The translations under genes and the position numbers were made by a program. The notes beneath the pieces were generated by a model that saw only the letters and a program-made list of their open reading frames with translations, searched no databases and was not told the origin of the DNA. Of a stretch of DNA of 64,000 bases, positions 16,404 to 26,738 are shown piece after piece. Position 1 is the stretch's first letter. Every line of letters begins with the position of its first letter. This DNA comes from Verrucomicrobiales bacterium (GTDB taxonomy: Bacteria; Verrucomicrobiota; Verrucomicrobiia; Verrucomicrobiales; V1-33): NCBI GenBank assembly GCA_035550135.1, contig DASZQB010000107.1, positions 12,064-76,063 of the forward strand, given 5' to 3'.

Positions 16404-19400
16404 TTAATAGCCCATCCAGGGACTCATCCATTTTTCCATCGCCTCCACGGTCATTCCTTTTCTCCGGGCGTAGTCTTCGATCTGATCCTTCTGAAGATCT
16501 GAGATCATGAAATAGTGGCTTTCCGGATGGCTGAAATACAGCCCGCAAACGGCCGATCCCGGATGCATCGCCATCGATTCCGTCAGCGTCACACCGGTCT
16601 GGGCGGTGGCATCGAGCAGATCGAAAAGAATCGTCTTCTCTGTGTGATCCGGTTGCGCAGGATAGCCCGGTGCAGGCCGAATTCCCCGATAGTTCTCCTT
16701 GATCAACTGTTCCGCATTGAACTCGTTAGGCCTCTCATAGCCCCACGCCACCCGCGCCCGGTGATGCAGCAGTTCCGCAAACGCCTCCGCCAGCCGGTCA
16801 CCAATCGCCTTTACCATGATGGCGCCATAGTCGTCATGCGCCTTCTTCAGTTCCCCCGCAAACTCGTCCGCGCCGTGAATGCCCACCACAAAGGCGCCGA
16901 TGTAATCAGGCCGCGCGCTTTCACCTTGCGGCGCCACATAGTCGGCAAGCGCCTCATTTGGCCGCTGCGCTTCAGTACCACTCTTCTCAATTTGCTGCCG
17001 AAGGGTGTGAAAAGTGTATCTCACCTCAGATCGGGACTCATCCGTAAACACATCGATATCATCCCCGCGGCTGTTGGCCGGAAAGAAGCCGTATGTCCCG
17101 CGCGCGACCAGCCGTTTCTCCGCAATGATGCGCTCCAGCCATTCCAGCGCATCCGCGTGCAGTTTCATCGCCTGCTCCACCACTTCCGGATTCGATGACT
17201 TGAATCGATCCTCCCCATAAACCCAAACACCGCGCAGTTCCCAACTGTGGAAAAAGGGCGTCCAGTCAATATAGGTCGCCAGTTCCCGCAGCGACTGATC
17301 CTTGATCACCCGTGTTCCCAGAAACTCCGGAACAGCAATGTCCACGGTGTCCCAGGCGGTCTGCACCGCATTGGCGCGCGCGGCCTCAAGGCTGATCACC
17401 GGTTTCTTTTGCCGGTTGGCAAACTGTTCCTTCAACTTCACATGCCGCGCCTCGTTATCGAGAACAAACTGCTCCCTCTGATTGTCGCTCAGCAGCGCCG
17501 TGGCCACCGGCACACTGCGGCTGGCATCGAGCACGTGAACCACGCTTCCTGAATATTTGGGCGCGATCTTAATCGCAGTATGCGGCGCGCTCGTCGTCGC
17601 CCCGCCAATTAGCAGCGGCGTTTTGAAACCCAGCCGCTCCATTTCAGACGCCACATGCGCCATTTCATCGAGACTCGGAGTAATCAGTCCTGACAAACCA
17701 ATAATGTCCGCATTCACCTCCTTCGCCTTCTCCAAAATCTTCTCGCACGGCACCATAACACCCATGTCGATGACCTCGAAATTATTGCACGCCAGCACTA
17801 TGCCCACGATGTTCTTGCCGATGTCGTGAACATCCCCTTTCACCGTCGCCAGGACGATAACCCGCGCACCTGCTTTCTCCTGAGCAGGAATCAGGACGAC
17901 TTCTGAGGAGACGGTTCCTCCATCAGGCGTGAGGTCTGGTTTTCCGCTGCTTTGCGGAGAACCTGCTCGGTGTCGTCCACCAGCCTCCGCTGGAAGCTGT
18001 CCATTTCGGACTTTGTTTTCTGTTTCCGAACCGCCGCCTCCGTGAGAGCTTCCAAGGTTCCGTTCTGGATTTCCTGAAACTTCGCTGCTATATCCGGACT
18101 CAGGTCCGGTCGAAAGGCTCTCCAAGTCTGTGTTTGATCCGGTTCCATGAGATAACCCTCTCGGCCTTATACGCGCACGTTCAAGCGCTTCCTGTTTCAC
18201 GCGCTCTTTCTCGGCTGTCATGAAAGGCTCCAGCCACGCCACGCTCTTCTTCATCACGCGCGCGCTCTTCACCACTTGCGGGAGAAACATTTTGCCGGCG
18301 CCAAAAAGGTCGCCCACGACGCTCATTCCGTCCATCAGCGGTCCTTCAATCACCTTCAGCGGCGCTCCGTATTTCAACCGCGCCTCCTCGGTGTCTTCGT
18401 CCACAAAATCCGTTAGGCCCTTGAGCAGTGCATGCTTCAGTCGCTCCTCCACCGGCCCGTCCCGCCAGGCGAGGTCCGCCTCCACTTTCTTCCCAGCCAC
18501 GCCGCGGAATTGCTCCGCATAGTCCACGAGAATTTCCGTGGCATCCGGCCGGCGGTTCAACAGGACATCTTCGACCTTTACCAAAAGTTCCGCCGGTATT
18601 TCCTCATACACCTCCAGCATGCCCGCATTCACGATGCCCATATCCATGCCTGCCTTGATGGCGTGATAAAGGAACGCCGAGTGCATCGCCTCGCGCACCA
18701 CATTGTTCCCACGGAAACTGAAGCTGATATTGCTCACGCCGCCGCTAACCTTCGCAAACGGCAGGTTCCCTTTGATCCACCGCGTGGCCTCGATGAAGTC
18801 CACCGCGTAATTGTTATGCTCCTCGATGCCCGTCGCCACGGTGAGGATGTTGGGATCGAAAATAATATCCTCCGGCGGAAAACCTACCTCATCCACGAGA
18901 ATGCGATAGGCCCGTTCACAGATGCGAATCTTATCCTCCCGCGTTGCGGCCTGCCCCTGTTCATCAAACGCCATCACCACCGCCGCCGCACCGTAGCGCA
19001 GGACGAGGCGCGCCTGCTCCTTGAACTTCTCCTCCCCCTCCTTCAGCGAGATGGAATTTACAATCCCCTTGCCTTGGATACACTTCAAACCGGCTTCAAT
19101 GACAGACCATTTCGACGAGTCGATCATGATCGGCACCTTCGTGATTTCCGGCTCCGCCTGGATGAGCAGGAGGAATTTCGTCATCATCGCCTCCGAATCG
19201 AGCAACCCTTCGTCAAAGTTGATATCGATGACATTCGCACCGTTCTCCACCTGCTGGCGCGCCACGGCCAGCGCCTCGTCCAGCTTGCCCTCTTTCACCA
19301 GCTTCGCAAACCTCGGCGAACCGGTGACGTTCGTCCGCTCGCCAATCATCAGAAAATTCGAGCCGGCGCGCAGATTGTATGGAAGTGCTCCGGAGAGCTG

Positions 19401-20498
19401 CATTTCATGGCTGGCGGACGGCACCGGACGCGGGGCGTGCCGCTCTACCGCTTTTGCAATGGCGGCGATGTGCTCCGGAGTGTTCCCGCAGCAGCCGCCC
19501 ATGAGGTTCAGCATCCCTCCGCCGGCAAATTCATCGGCAAACCGCGCCATATCCTCCGGGTGTAAATCGAAGCCGGTGGCTGACAGCGGATTGGGCAGAC
19601 CGGCATTTGGATAGGCGGAAACAAAGCAGTCCGCCTTCCGCGCCAGTTCTTCGAGATCCCCGCGCATCTGGGCCGGACCGGCACAGCAATTCATCCCGAT
19701 CGAAAGCGGCTTCACATGCCGCATGGCGTTGAGGTACCCTTCGACGGATTGAGCGGAGACCATCGTGCGCCCGTTAACCACGGCGGCAGAGATCATCACC
19801 GGCAGCCGGTAATTTCCGGCCGCAAACGATTCCTCAATCGCCATGAGGGCCGCTTTCGCATTCAGCGAATCGAAAATCGTTTCCACCAGCAGGATATCCA
19901 CGCCGCCGGCTACCAGCGCATCCGTCTGCTCTCGATAGGCGCGTTTTGCCTGGTCAAATGTGATAGGGCGAAAGGCCTGATCCTCCGGCTCGATGGGAAA
20001 ATTGAGCGACACCTGCATAGGGCCGATGGCCCCGGCCACATAACGCTTTCGCCCTGTTTCGTTGCTGTAACGATCCGCCCACTCCCGGCAAAGCCGGGCG
20101 GACTGAAAGTTGATGTCGCGGGCCACTTCGATCAGGAACGGATCGTCGAGCACGTTCTGAAAAAACTCCGGATCTTTTCGCCCCCCGTGATCCCGCGGGT
20201 CATCCCGGAAAAAGTCACTCAGCGCCAGCGAGGTGCCATTAAAACTGTTCGTTTCAATAATGTCCGCTCCCGCCTCCAAAAACCGGCGATGAATATCCCC
20301 GATTACGTCAGGGCGGGTCAGGCTGAGGAAGTCTCCATTGTTTTTCAGATCCTTGCCCGCATTGGCAAACCGCTCCCCGCGGACGTCCCTCTCCGTCAGC
20401 TTATACTCCCGAATCGTCGTTCCCATCGCTCCGTCGATCACAAGGATACGATTCGCGAGAGCGGCGCGGAGTTCGGCGGTCTGGTCGGGTTGAGGCAT
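16404..20498 (-). CDS. metH: cobalamin-dependent methionine synthase with an atypical ~120-aa linker insertion
   Basis: All modules are present. Hcy-binding domain: VIDGAMGT...GGCCGT. Pterin-binding domain. Cap plus B12-binding domain: [22 protein letters not shown]. AdoMet activation domain: [13 protein letters not shown]. It is 1364 aa, versus 1227 aa for E. coli MetH. Confidence 0.95.
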   Translation of the reverse strand: MPQPDQTAELRAALANRILVIDGAMGTTIREYKLTERDVRGERFANAGKDLKNNGDFLSLTRPDVIGDIHRRFLEAGADIIETNSFNGTSLALSDFFRDDPRDHGGRKDPEFFQNVLDDPFLIEVARDINFQSARLCREWADRYSNETGRKRYVAGAIGPMQVSLNFPIEPEDQAFRPITFDQAKRAYREQTDALVAGGVDILLVETIFDSLNAKAALMAIEESFAAGNYRLPVMISAAVVNGRTMVSAQSVEGYLNAMRHVKPLSIGMNCCAGPAQMRGDLEELARKADCFVSAYPNAGLPNPLSATGFDLHPEDMARFADEFAGGGMLNLMGGCCGNTPEHIAAIAKAVERHAPRPVPSASHEMQLSGALPYNLRAGSNFLMIGERTNVTGSPRFAKLVKEGKLDEALAVARQQVENGANVIDINFDEGLLDSEAMMTKFLLLIQAEPEITKVPIMIDSSKWSVIEAGLKCIQGKGIVNSISLKEGEEKFKEQARLVLRYGAAAVVMAFDEQGQAATREDKIRICERAYRILVDEVGFPPEDIIFDPNILTVATGIEEHNNYAVDFIEATRWIKGNLPFAKVSGGVSNISFSFRGNNVVREAMHSAFLYHAIKAGMDMGIVNAGMLEVYEEIPAELLVKVEDVLLNRRPDATEILVDYAEQFRGVAGKKVEADLAWRDGPVEERLKHALLKGLTDFVDEDTEEARLKYGAPLKVIEGPLMDGMSVVGDLFGAGKMFLPQVVKSARVMKKSVAWLEPFMTAEKERVKQEALERARIRPRGLSHGTGSNTDLESLSTGPESGYSSEVSGNPERNLGSSHGGGGSETENKVRNGQLPAEAGGRHRAGSPQSSGKPDLTPDGGTVSSEVVLIPAQEKAGARVIVLATVKGDVHDIGKNIVGIVLACNNFEVIDMGVMVPCEKILEKAKEVNADIIGLSGLITPSLDEMAHVASEMERLGFKTPLLIGGATTSAPHTAIKIAPKYSGSVVHVLDASRSVPVATALLSDNQREQFVLDNEARHVKLKEQFANRQKKPVISLEAARANAVQTAWDTVDIAVPEFLGTRVIKDQSLRELATYIDWTPFFHSWELRGVWVYGEDRFKSSNPEVVEQAMKLHADALEWLERIIAEKRLVARGTYGFFPANSRGDDIDVFTDESRSEVRYTFHTLRQQIEKSGTEAQRPNEALADYVAPQGESARPDYIGAFVVGIHGADEFAGELKKAHDDYGAIMVKAIGDRLAEAFAELLHHRARVAWGYERPNEFNAEQLIKENYRGIRPAPGYPAQPDHTEKTILFDLLDATAQTGVTLTESMAMHPGSAVCGLYFSHPESHYFMISDLQKDQIEDYARRKGMTVEAMEKWMSPWMGY
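17891..18148 (-). CDS. 85-aa alternate-frame ORF nested inside the metH linker insertion (hypothetical; expression unproven)
   Basis: ATG at 18148 with purine-rich GAGAGGG 7 nt upstream (plus-strand CCCTCTC at 18156-18162). The translation [85 protein letters not shown] looks like a folded helical protein, unlike the Gly/Ser/Pro-rich metH-frame reading of the same DNA. Confidence 0.3.
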   Translation of the reverse strand: MEPDQTQTWRAFRPDLSPDIAAKFQEIQNGTLEALTEAAVRKQKTKSEMDSFQRRLVDDTEQVLRKAAENQTSRLMEEPSPQKSS

Positions 20499-20580
20499 TG
20501 CGGACCAAGATTTCCCGAGGCGACTCCGGATTGCAAGAGGAATCCATCATTGAATCAAGATATGTTGATGCGAATACCCC

Positions 20581-22365
20581 TCATTCCGCCACCGCGTGCA
20601 GCCGACAGAAGGCGCGTACCGTCGCAGGTCCGGGTAGGGAAACCGTCACGACACTCCCTTCCTCTCCCACGAGCACTCCCGGCGTCTCCGCCGTCCAGCT
20701 ACCGGCGCCGGGCGCGCGTCCGGCCAGCGGCATCCACGTGCCCAACTCCGTAGAATACTCCACCGTCAGCCGCACTCCGGGGGTCACAGAAGCGGGAGCG
20801 AACCGCATACGGGGCGGGTCGTCGGCAACCGCCGTTGGGAGAGCCGCCGTATCCGTCGAGGTGAGCGGATCAGTGCCCAAAACGTGCTCCATCAGGTTAT
20901 CCAGGCCATCATGATCGGCATCCGCATTCGGCGCTGCGTCCGCCGTCTGCGCTCCCGCAGGCCCGAACCGGTCCACGCGCCACTGGTCGAACGGATGATC
21001 CTGGATAGTTAGGGCCGCGGTGATCGTGGGAGCAGAAGCCGGGAACGTGGCAGGACCATCGAGCGTGCTCAGGGTCAATGAAAAGGTTTCGTCGCCCTCC
21101 GGTTGGTGATCGTTCGCCAGCGGAATCACGATGGTTTTCTCTGCCGGATCATTCGCCGCCCACGTCAGAGTCCCGCTCGCGGCAGTGAAATCCGCGGCGG
21201 TGGCCGTGCCCGGCGCGGTTTGATATTGCACACTGAGCGCCTGATCGAGGCTCGCTCCGGAGCGGCGCACGGTGACGGTCACGCTCCCTGCACTCTCGTT
21301 CGCACTGTATGCAGCCGCGCTCAACAACACTGAGCCGAGAGGAATATTAGCACTGTCCCCCAGGTGTGGCGCCGCCGTGGGGGAAGCACTGAGTTGCACC
21401 GGCGGATTCGCCGTCTGATTCGTGTTAGGGTTGTAGCTGACGCTCATGCCTTGTAGCGCGGCTTCTGTCAGTGCGGCCGGCGGACGCTTCAGCCGGAAGT
21501 AGTCCACCTCGGAAACGAGATCAGGCTGCCCAGGGCCCGGCGGCGCGTAGTTCGCATGAAACGACGTCTGCACCCCTCCGTTGCTGAAAGGCTCGCCATT
21601 GGGCCAATCCGTATAAGCCGTAATGCCCACCTGGAGCGTCGGCCCGAACGCCGGGAACGGATGATCCGGATTTGGATAGCGGTTCTCCACCAGCCACGGC
21701 CCCGCCTCGGAATACTTGCGCAGGCACACCACGGTATTCCCCACGCGCACCATCTGCATCCACGCCACATTGCTGGATTGATCGATCCCCGTGGCACCGA
21801 AATAGAGAATCGAGTTGCTGTTCCGCGTGGTCTTGATCTCAAACTGCCGCGTGCCCGGGTTGCCCGCCGACCCGAAACTGAGGAAGATGTAATTTTCTGT
21901 ATTGGGAACGTAATCACTGCCAAAAGCCGCCGGCGGCCACACCGCATCTGTGCGGTACGGATTCGGGGCCGCATGCGTGATGTAAGGCCGCGGCTCGTGA
22001 ATGAAGATGCCGGTTAGCGAGAAACTGCGGTTGGGCACTTCCAACGGGTTCGCCGGATTGTGCCGGCTGAACACGCGCAGCCGCGTCGTGGCAATGAAGT
22101 CGCCCGTCACTTCTTTAAAAAACAGCACGCCGCGCAAATGCATGTACCACCCAAGGGCAATAGGCACGATCCGAAAATGGCCAGGCGTCGTCGTGTTGAT
22201 GTCTGCTGCTTCATCAGTGGACGCCACCCAGCCCTCGACGACATCGATATCCTGCCACCGCGGGAACGTCGCGGCGTCGTTGAATTCATCCCCGAGCGGC
22301 TGCAGCGTGTCAGCCATCGCGGAGGAGAGAAGACATAATGAGGTAACAAGGGATGCAGTTTTCAT
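20581..22365 (-). CDS. secreted protein: ConA/LamG-like N-domain, Calx-beta domain, TSP3-like motif and C-terminal tail
   Basis: The ATG at 22365 (MKTASLVTSLCLLSSAMA) overlaps the upstream stop (ATGA). Calx-beta-like segment DFTAASGTLTWAANDPAEKTIVIPLANDHQPEGDETFSLTLS. DADHDGLDNLMEHVLGTDP motif. Ends ...VRAFCRLHAVAE. Confidence 0.75.
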   Translation of the reverse strand: MKTASLVTSLCLLSSAMADTLQPLGDEFNDAATFPRWQDIDVVEGWVASTDEAADINTTTPGHFRIVPIALGWYMHLRGVLFFKEVTGDFIATTRLRVFSRHNPANPLEVPNRSFSLTGIFIHEPRPYITHAAPNPYRTDAVWPPAAFGSDYVPNTENYIFLSFGSAGNPGTRQFEIKTTRNSNSILYFGATGIDQSSNVAWMQMVRVGNTVVCLRKYSEAGPWLVENRYPNPDHPFPAFGPTLQVGITAYTDWPNGEPFSNGGVQTSFHANYAPPGPGQPDLVSEVDYFRLKRPPAALTEAALQGMSVSYNPNTNQTANPPVQLSASPTAAPHLGDSANIPLGSVLLSAAAYSANESAGSVTVTVRRSGASLDQALSVQYQTAPGTATAADFTAASGTLTWAANDPAEKTIVIPLANDHQPEGDETFSLTLSTLDGPATFPASAPTITAALTIQDHPFDQWRVDRFGPAGAQTADAAPNADADHDGLDNLMEHVLGTDPLTSTDTAALPTAVADDPPRMRFAPASVTPGVRLTVEYSTELGTWMPLAGRAPGAGSWTAETPGVLVGEEGSVVTVSLPGPATVRAFCRLHAVAE

Positions 22366-25300
22366 GGGGTCACGAGGCGGAATTCCAAACGGTAATAGGC
22401 ACGGGAGGAGTCGTGCGGATCGATGCGAAAACGAATCTGCTGCATGGGGAACTCCGTGGATGCCGGTTCGGCACTCACTACCGCGCCGTCCATCGAAAAC
22501 CGGCTCCACGTTAGGAGATCGTCACTGCGCCACGGAATGGCGAGAAGATCAAATGCATCCGCGCGATAGCGGGCGACGGGATCTCCGGACGCCGTAAGCG
22601 CTGGGGCAGGGAAGGAGTCTGCCTTCGCGGGGTTCAATCCCGCAGCATATTCCTCAATGAGCGTGAGACCGTCCCCATCGTTGTCTGACCCGGGGATTGC
22701 CGGCACGCCATGGGCTGCTGCCCACGCAGCGAAGTTTTGCCGGAGCGGGGCAGGAGACTCGGGACGCCCATCGAGTTGCAGCAGATACGCGCGAAGTTGC
22801 TCCTGTGCCGCCGCCGGAAGGGAAAGAACCTGACGGTGCGGAAGCGCCGCCGCCAGATCATCAGCCGTGGAAATAAGCACATCATCGATTCCCACCCCCG
22901 GCCAATTGCCAGTGACGGAAAATGTCAGGGTATTCACACTGCCGGCGTTAAACGGCACGTTTTCAAGCCGCACCTGCCGCCAGTTGGTTTGCCGCCACAC
23001 CGGAAAATTGCCGGTGTTGGGCGTAGCCATGGTTCCAGCCGCTACGCCGTTCACACTCACATTAACCGCGATGAAGTTGCCGCCCGTGCTGTAACGGATC
23101 TCAATCGCGCCCGTCCCGCCGCTGCCGCCATTCACGCCGGTTAGGGTGAGCGTCTGACCGCTGGCGCTGAGATTCGCATACGCCCGGCCATGAACCGTGT
23201 CGTCATTGTTCAGATTGACGTAAGTGTTCGTAATGGACGCCCCGGCCGAAGGCATGCCCGTCTCAGCCGGGATGACTTTCCCGCCCGAGATGCGAAAGAC
23301 ATCCGCCAGCGTCGCTGCGGAGCCATCGTGAAAATAAGGTGTCGTGTCCCAGAGACCCTGCAACGAAGGCGCATCGATCCCCGCAAGTGGCTGTCCCAGT
23401 CTTTTGCCGGAAGTCGTGCGCAGCGTGCCAACATTCACCAAAGGATTCGTGGCCAGTGCCTCAGTGCGGTGACAGATGGCGCAATTCAAGCTGTCATAGA
23501 TGGCCTTTCCGGCGATCGCGGAGGAAGTCATCGCACCATCCGCCTGACGGTGCGGACTGCGCGGAATCGACTCCTGGCCAAGCGAACTCACATATGCCGC
23601 GAGCGCGTCGAGGTCTGCGCTGCGTCCGGATTTGGGCGCACCCAACGGCGTGTTAGCGGCAGCGAAATCCACGTCACTTAAAAACCCGCTGCCGCCAAAC
23701 GCCGTACGAATGTCATGCTCGAAGTCCTGGATCTCATCGAAATTCCCGGACCAGTGCACCCGCCCCTGAGCCATGCCGCTCCGGCCTTGCAGCGTCGTGG
23801 TGTTGCGCAACCCCTCACCGCGTCCGGTAAAGTCCCATACGCGCCCGTCGTGGCCCCCATCCAGGTGACACGTCGCACAGCTGATATATCCCTCGGCGCT
23901 CATGCGCCTGTCCCCGGCATTGTAGAAAATTCGCTTCCCCGTGAGCACCGCGGGCGGCAGCTTTTCCGCGCTGACCGTCGAAGTCTCCGTGGCAGCAGGA
24001 ATGTGACCACCCGTGCGGAGAAAGGTGTCCATCTCCAGTACCGAGACACTGCGACCCAGCAAATTACTCAGCCAAACCCGTTGTGTCGCCGGGTCGGCGG
24101 CCAATCCCTGCGGCGCGCTGCCAACGGCCAGCCTCCTCTCCACTGCGCCAAGCCCGGCGGACATCGCAATCGACAGTGCATCGAAGACCATGATCTGATT
24201 ATTGCCCTGAAGCGAAACAAAAAGCCGGTCGCCCAGCGGTGAAAACGCAACCGCCGAAGCCGAATCGGAGTTGTCCAGATCGATGGCACCCGCAACCGTC
24301 GAACTGGTTAGGTCAATCCTGGTGAGGATGTTGCGCACCGTGTTGTCCTGGTCCAGGTCTTCGGCGAAAAGCAGCCCGCGTTCCGTATTCACCTTTGTCG
24401 AAGCCACATACGCCGTAGTGCCATCCGGGCTAATGGCGATTGCCGCGAGCGCATTCGCCACTCCCCTGCCGGACGCCGTGCCGTCACGGTTCGCGTCGTC
24501 CCCGAATTTCGGAATGACGATGGTGCGGGTTAACGTGAAGGAACTTGTGTTGACGTCCCAAACCTCCGCGTGATTCAGCGGCGAGAGAAACCGCGTGACC
24601 AGCAGACGTGAACCATCGCCCGTCAGAGCGAGCGCCCGCGGACCAGGTCCCAGCGCCAGACTGCCTGTCTCTGCACGTGTTGCGGTGGAGAAGCGCTTAA
24701 CGGTTCCTCCACCGAAACAGCTAACATAAGCATGCTGACCATTCGGTGAGAGGACGATGCCGAACGGCGCGCTTCCGTGTCCCGTGAAGATACGATGCAG
24801 CGTTCCGCCGCTGGCGGCGTCAAGCACATCAATGCAGTCGCCACCGTGACACACCACCCATAACCTCCCCTGCGCATCCAGCGCCAGCGAACGCGGATCG
24901 CCGCCCACCGGCACCTCCTGGAGTTTATCCCGTGTATCCGCATCCAGCGCCGTGACGGTGTCACTGTCCGGATTGACGACCCACACCCGGCGCGATGCGG
25001 GATCAACTGCAATTTGTGAATGTTGTCGCGGCAGCGAACCCGCGGGTGGCGCGATGACAGTCACAGTGAATGCCCGTGTCACCACGACACCCGATGGGTC
25101 CCGCACCTGCACCTTCGCCTGATAGTGACCGGCGCCGGCGTAAGCATGCAGCGTCGCCGCTGTCGCGCCCCATTCCGTCCTGGGCGAACCATCCCCAAAA
25201 TCGAAACGCATTTCCACCGTATCCCCATCCGGATCGGATACCGCCGCCGTAAAGGTCACGTTCTGACCGGGGTTCACCGGATACGGCGCTGCCATGAAGG

Positions 25301-26738
25301 AGTCCACCACCGGCGGACGATTTCCGGACAGTGTCCCGCCGGTCGAAAAGGTGAACGCATACGGCACCATGCCATTCCCCGCCGCATCCTGAATCCCGTG
25401 CGTAAATACAACTTCATAAGTTGTATCCGGCACCAGAGACTGATCCGGCGTAAACGTGAGCGTGTCGTTGAAGGAAAAGAACAACGATCCCTCCAGGTGG
25501 ACCGTGCTTCCCGCCGGCCTGACAATGAATGTGGAACCATTCACGAGCGTCGCCGTTTCGAGCGTCTCGTGAATCAGGGCACTGATCGCCGCCGTGCGCG
25601 GATAGCCCGTCTGCCCTGCCCGCGGAATGTGATAGCCCACCGACGGCCCGCGCGTGTCCGGCGCAGCCTGGTGCGCCCAAATGGCCATCCCCTGGTTCGG
25701 CCCTGCACCTCCTGTCACAAGCAAATTCCCCACCGGCAAAGCGAACTGACTCGTATCAATCCCGGTGCCGCCATCATTTGTCCTAACGGTTGTTGAGCCG
25801 CGGAGATTCAGCACGGATTGAAACGTGCGCAGGTCCACCTTATGGCTGCCGGTGAATCCGTATTCATCCTGACATTGCAGATACATGCACTCGTCACCGG
25901 GCAGCGGCACATCCGCAATGAACTGCAAATTCGCGGGATCGGTCGCATCCACCACGCGGATGCCGTTTCCGCCTTCCCGGTAGGGAAACACAATCAGCAG
26001 CCGTCCGTCTCCTCCCCAAACCTCCGGCCAGTAGCCGCCGGCACCGCCGGTCTTCAGCACATCAAGCAGCACCGGTTTCGCCGGATCGGAAATATCGTAC
26101 GTCGCCACCCCGGTGCGGCTCTGATCCGACGCATAAATCAAAAGGTTTCCCAGCATGATCGGGTGCCCTATCACTCCTGTTAGGCCAAGGTGATCCCACT
26201 CCGCCAGCCGCACACCATCACGCCAGATCGTCGCGTCGCCCTCCACACTTTCGTAGCTCCAATAGGTCTTCCCAAAAAAATACGGCTGATAGAGAGATCC
26301 GCGCCCGTTGGTGTCTGCACGGGTGAAAAACGTCGTGCGCTGGATTTGTCCGGGTGGCCCCATATCGCGAAACGCCCATGGTGATTCCGGCGGCCAGTTG
26401 GTGCCCAGCATCAGATACTCTCCGCTGTTCCAATAGCCGTGCGCATTCACCGGATGCGCCGTCGGCCCCAGTTGCGCCGTGACCACCGGCTGCGCCGGAT
26501 TGCTGATGTCCCACGTCCGTACAATTACGTCAGAGTTAGGCTGACTGGACGGGCTTTCCGGAACGGTGAAGAGCACTCCATTGTGCCATGCAATCACCGC
26601 CGTGCGTCCCTGCTGCGGCGCATTGAGCCCTGACAACAATTGGCCCGGTGTCCGCGGCACGTTGGGAAAACCCGCACCGTCACACAGGGCTGGCGAAAGT
26701 GTCGCAATCACACGAATGACTGACCGAAAATGGTTCAT
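22362..26738 (-). CDS. 1458-aa multidomain protein: beta-propeller, Ig-like and PKD domains, YVTN-type propeller, di-haem cytochrome c peroxidase-like module, sugar-binding-like region, TSP3 motif and tail
   Basis: PKD-like VTFTAAVSDPDGDTVEMRFDFGDGS. YVTN-like VVNPDSDTVTALDADT...GDPRSLALDAQGRLWVV. Two CxxCH sites (CATCHLDGGHDGRVWDF and CAICHRTEAL). DNDGDGLTLIEEYAAGLNP motif. Ends ...RAYYRLEFRLVTP. The start ATG overlaps the kinase stop (ATGA at 26735-26738). Confidence 0.85.
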   Translation of the reverse strand: MNHFRSVIRVIATLSPALCDGAGFPNVPRTPGQLLSGLNAPQQGRTAVIAWHNGVLFTVPESPSSQPNSDVIVRTWDISNPAQPVVTAQLGPTAHPVNAHGYWNSGEYLMLGTNWPPESPWAFRDMGPPGQIQRTTFFTRADTNGRGSLYQPYFFGKTYWSYESVEGDATIWRDGVRLAEWDHLGLTGVIGHPIMLGNLLIYASDQSRTGVATYDISDPAKPVLLDVLKTGGAGGYWPEVWGGDGRLLIVFPYREGGNGIRVVDATDPANLQFIADVPLPGDECMYLQCQDEYGFTGSHKVDLRTFQSVLNLRGSTTVRTNDGGTGIDTSQFALPVGNLLVTGGAGPNQGMAIWAHQAAPDTRGPSVGYHIPRAGQTGYPRTAAISALIHETLETATLVNGSTFIVRPAGSTVHLEGSLFFSFNDTLTFTPDQSLVPDTTYEVVFTHGIQDAAGNGMVPYAFTFSTGGTLSGNRPPVVDSFMAAPYPVNPGQNVTFTAAVSDPDGDTVEMRFDFGDGSPRTEWGATAATLHAYAGAGHYQAKVQVRDPSGVVVTRAFTVTVIAPPAGSLPRQHSQIAVDPASRRVWVVNPDSDTVTALDADTRDKLQEVPVGGDPRSLALDAQGRLWVVCHGGDCIDVLDAASGGTLHRIFTGHGSAPFGIVLSPNGQHAYVSCFGGGTVKRFSTATRAETGSLALGPGPRALALTGDGSRLLVTRFLSPLNHAEVWDVNTSSFTLTRTIVIPKFGDDANRDGTASGRGVANALAAIAISPDGTTAYVASTKVNTERGLLFAEDLDQDNTVRNILTRIDLTSSTVAGAIDLDNSDSASAVAFSPLGDRLFVSLQGNNQIMVFDALSIAMSAGLGAVERRLAVGSAPQGLAADPATQRVWLSNLLGRSVSVLEMDTFLRTGGHIPAATETSTVSAEKLPPAVLTGKRIFYNAGDRRMSAEGYISCATCHLDGGHDGRVWDFTGRGEGLRNTTTLQGRSGMAQGRVHWSGNFDEIQDFEHDIRTAFGGSGFLSDVDFAAANTPLGAPKSGRSADLDALAAYVSSLGQESIPRSPHRQADGAMTSSAIAGKAIYDSLNCAICHRTEALATNPLVNVGTLRTTSGKRLGQPLAGIDAPSLQGLWDTTPYFHDGSAATLADVFRISGGKVIPAETGMPSAGASITNTYVNLNNDDTVHGRAYANLSASGQTLTLTGVNGGSGGTGAIEIRYSTGGNFIAVNVSVNGVAAGTMATPNTGNFPVWRQTNWRQVRLENVPFNAGSVNTLTFSVTGNWPGVGIDDVLISTADDLAAALPHRQVLSLPAAAQEQLRAYLLQLDGRPESPAPLRQNFAAWAAAHGVPAIPGSDNDGDGLTLIEEYAAGLNPAKADSFPAPALTASGDPVARYRADAFDLLAIPWRSDDLLTWSRFSMDGAVVSAEPASTEFPMQQIRFRIDPHDSSRAYYRLEFRLVTP

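Noticed and set aside
20499-20580. Possible cobalamin riboswitch upstream of metH
   Set aside because: The spacer is only ~80 nt and has no B12-box-like sequence that I can see. B12 riboswitches normally control metE or btuB rather than metH.
18432-20753. 377-aa and 345-aa plus-strand ORFs inside metH
   Set aside because: They are antisense to an unambiguous metH frame, and their translations are Arg/His/Leu-rich. Shadow frames.
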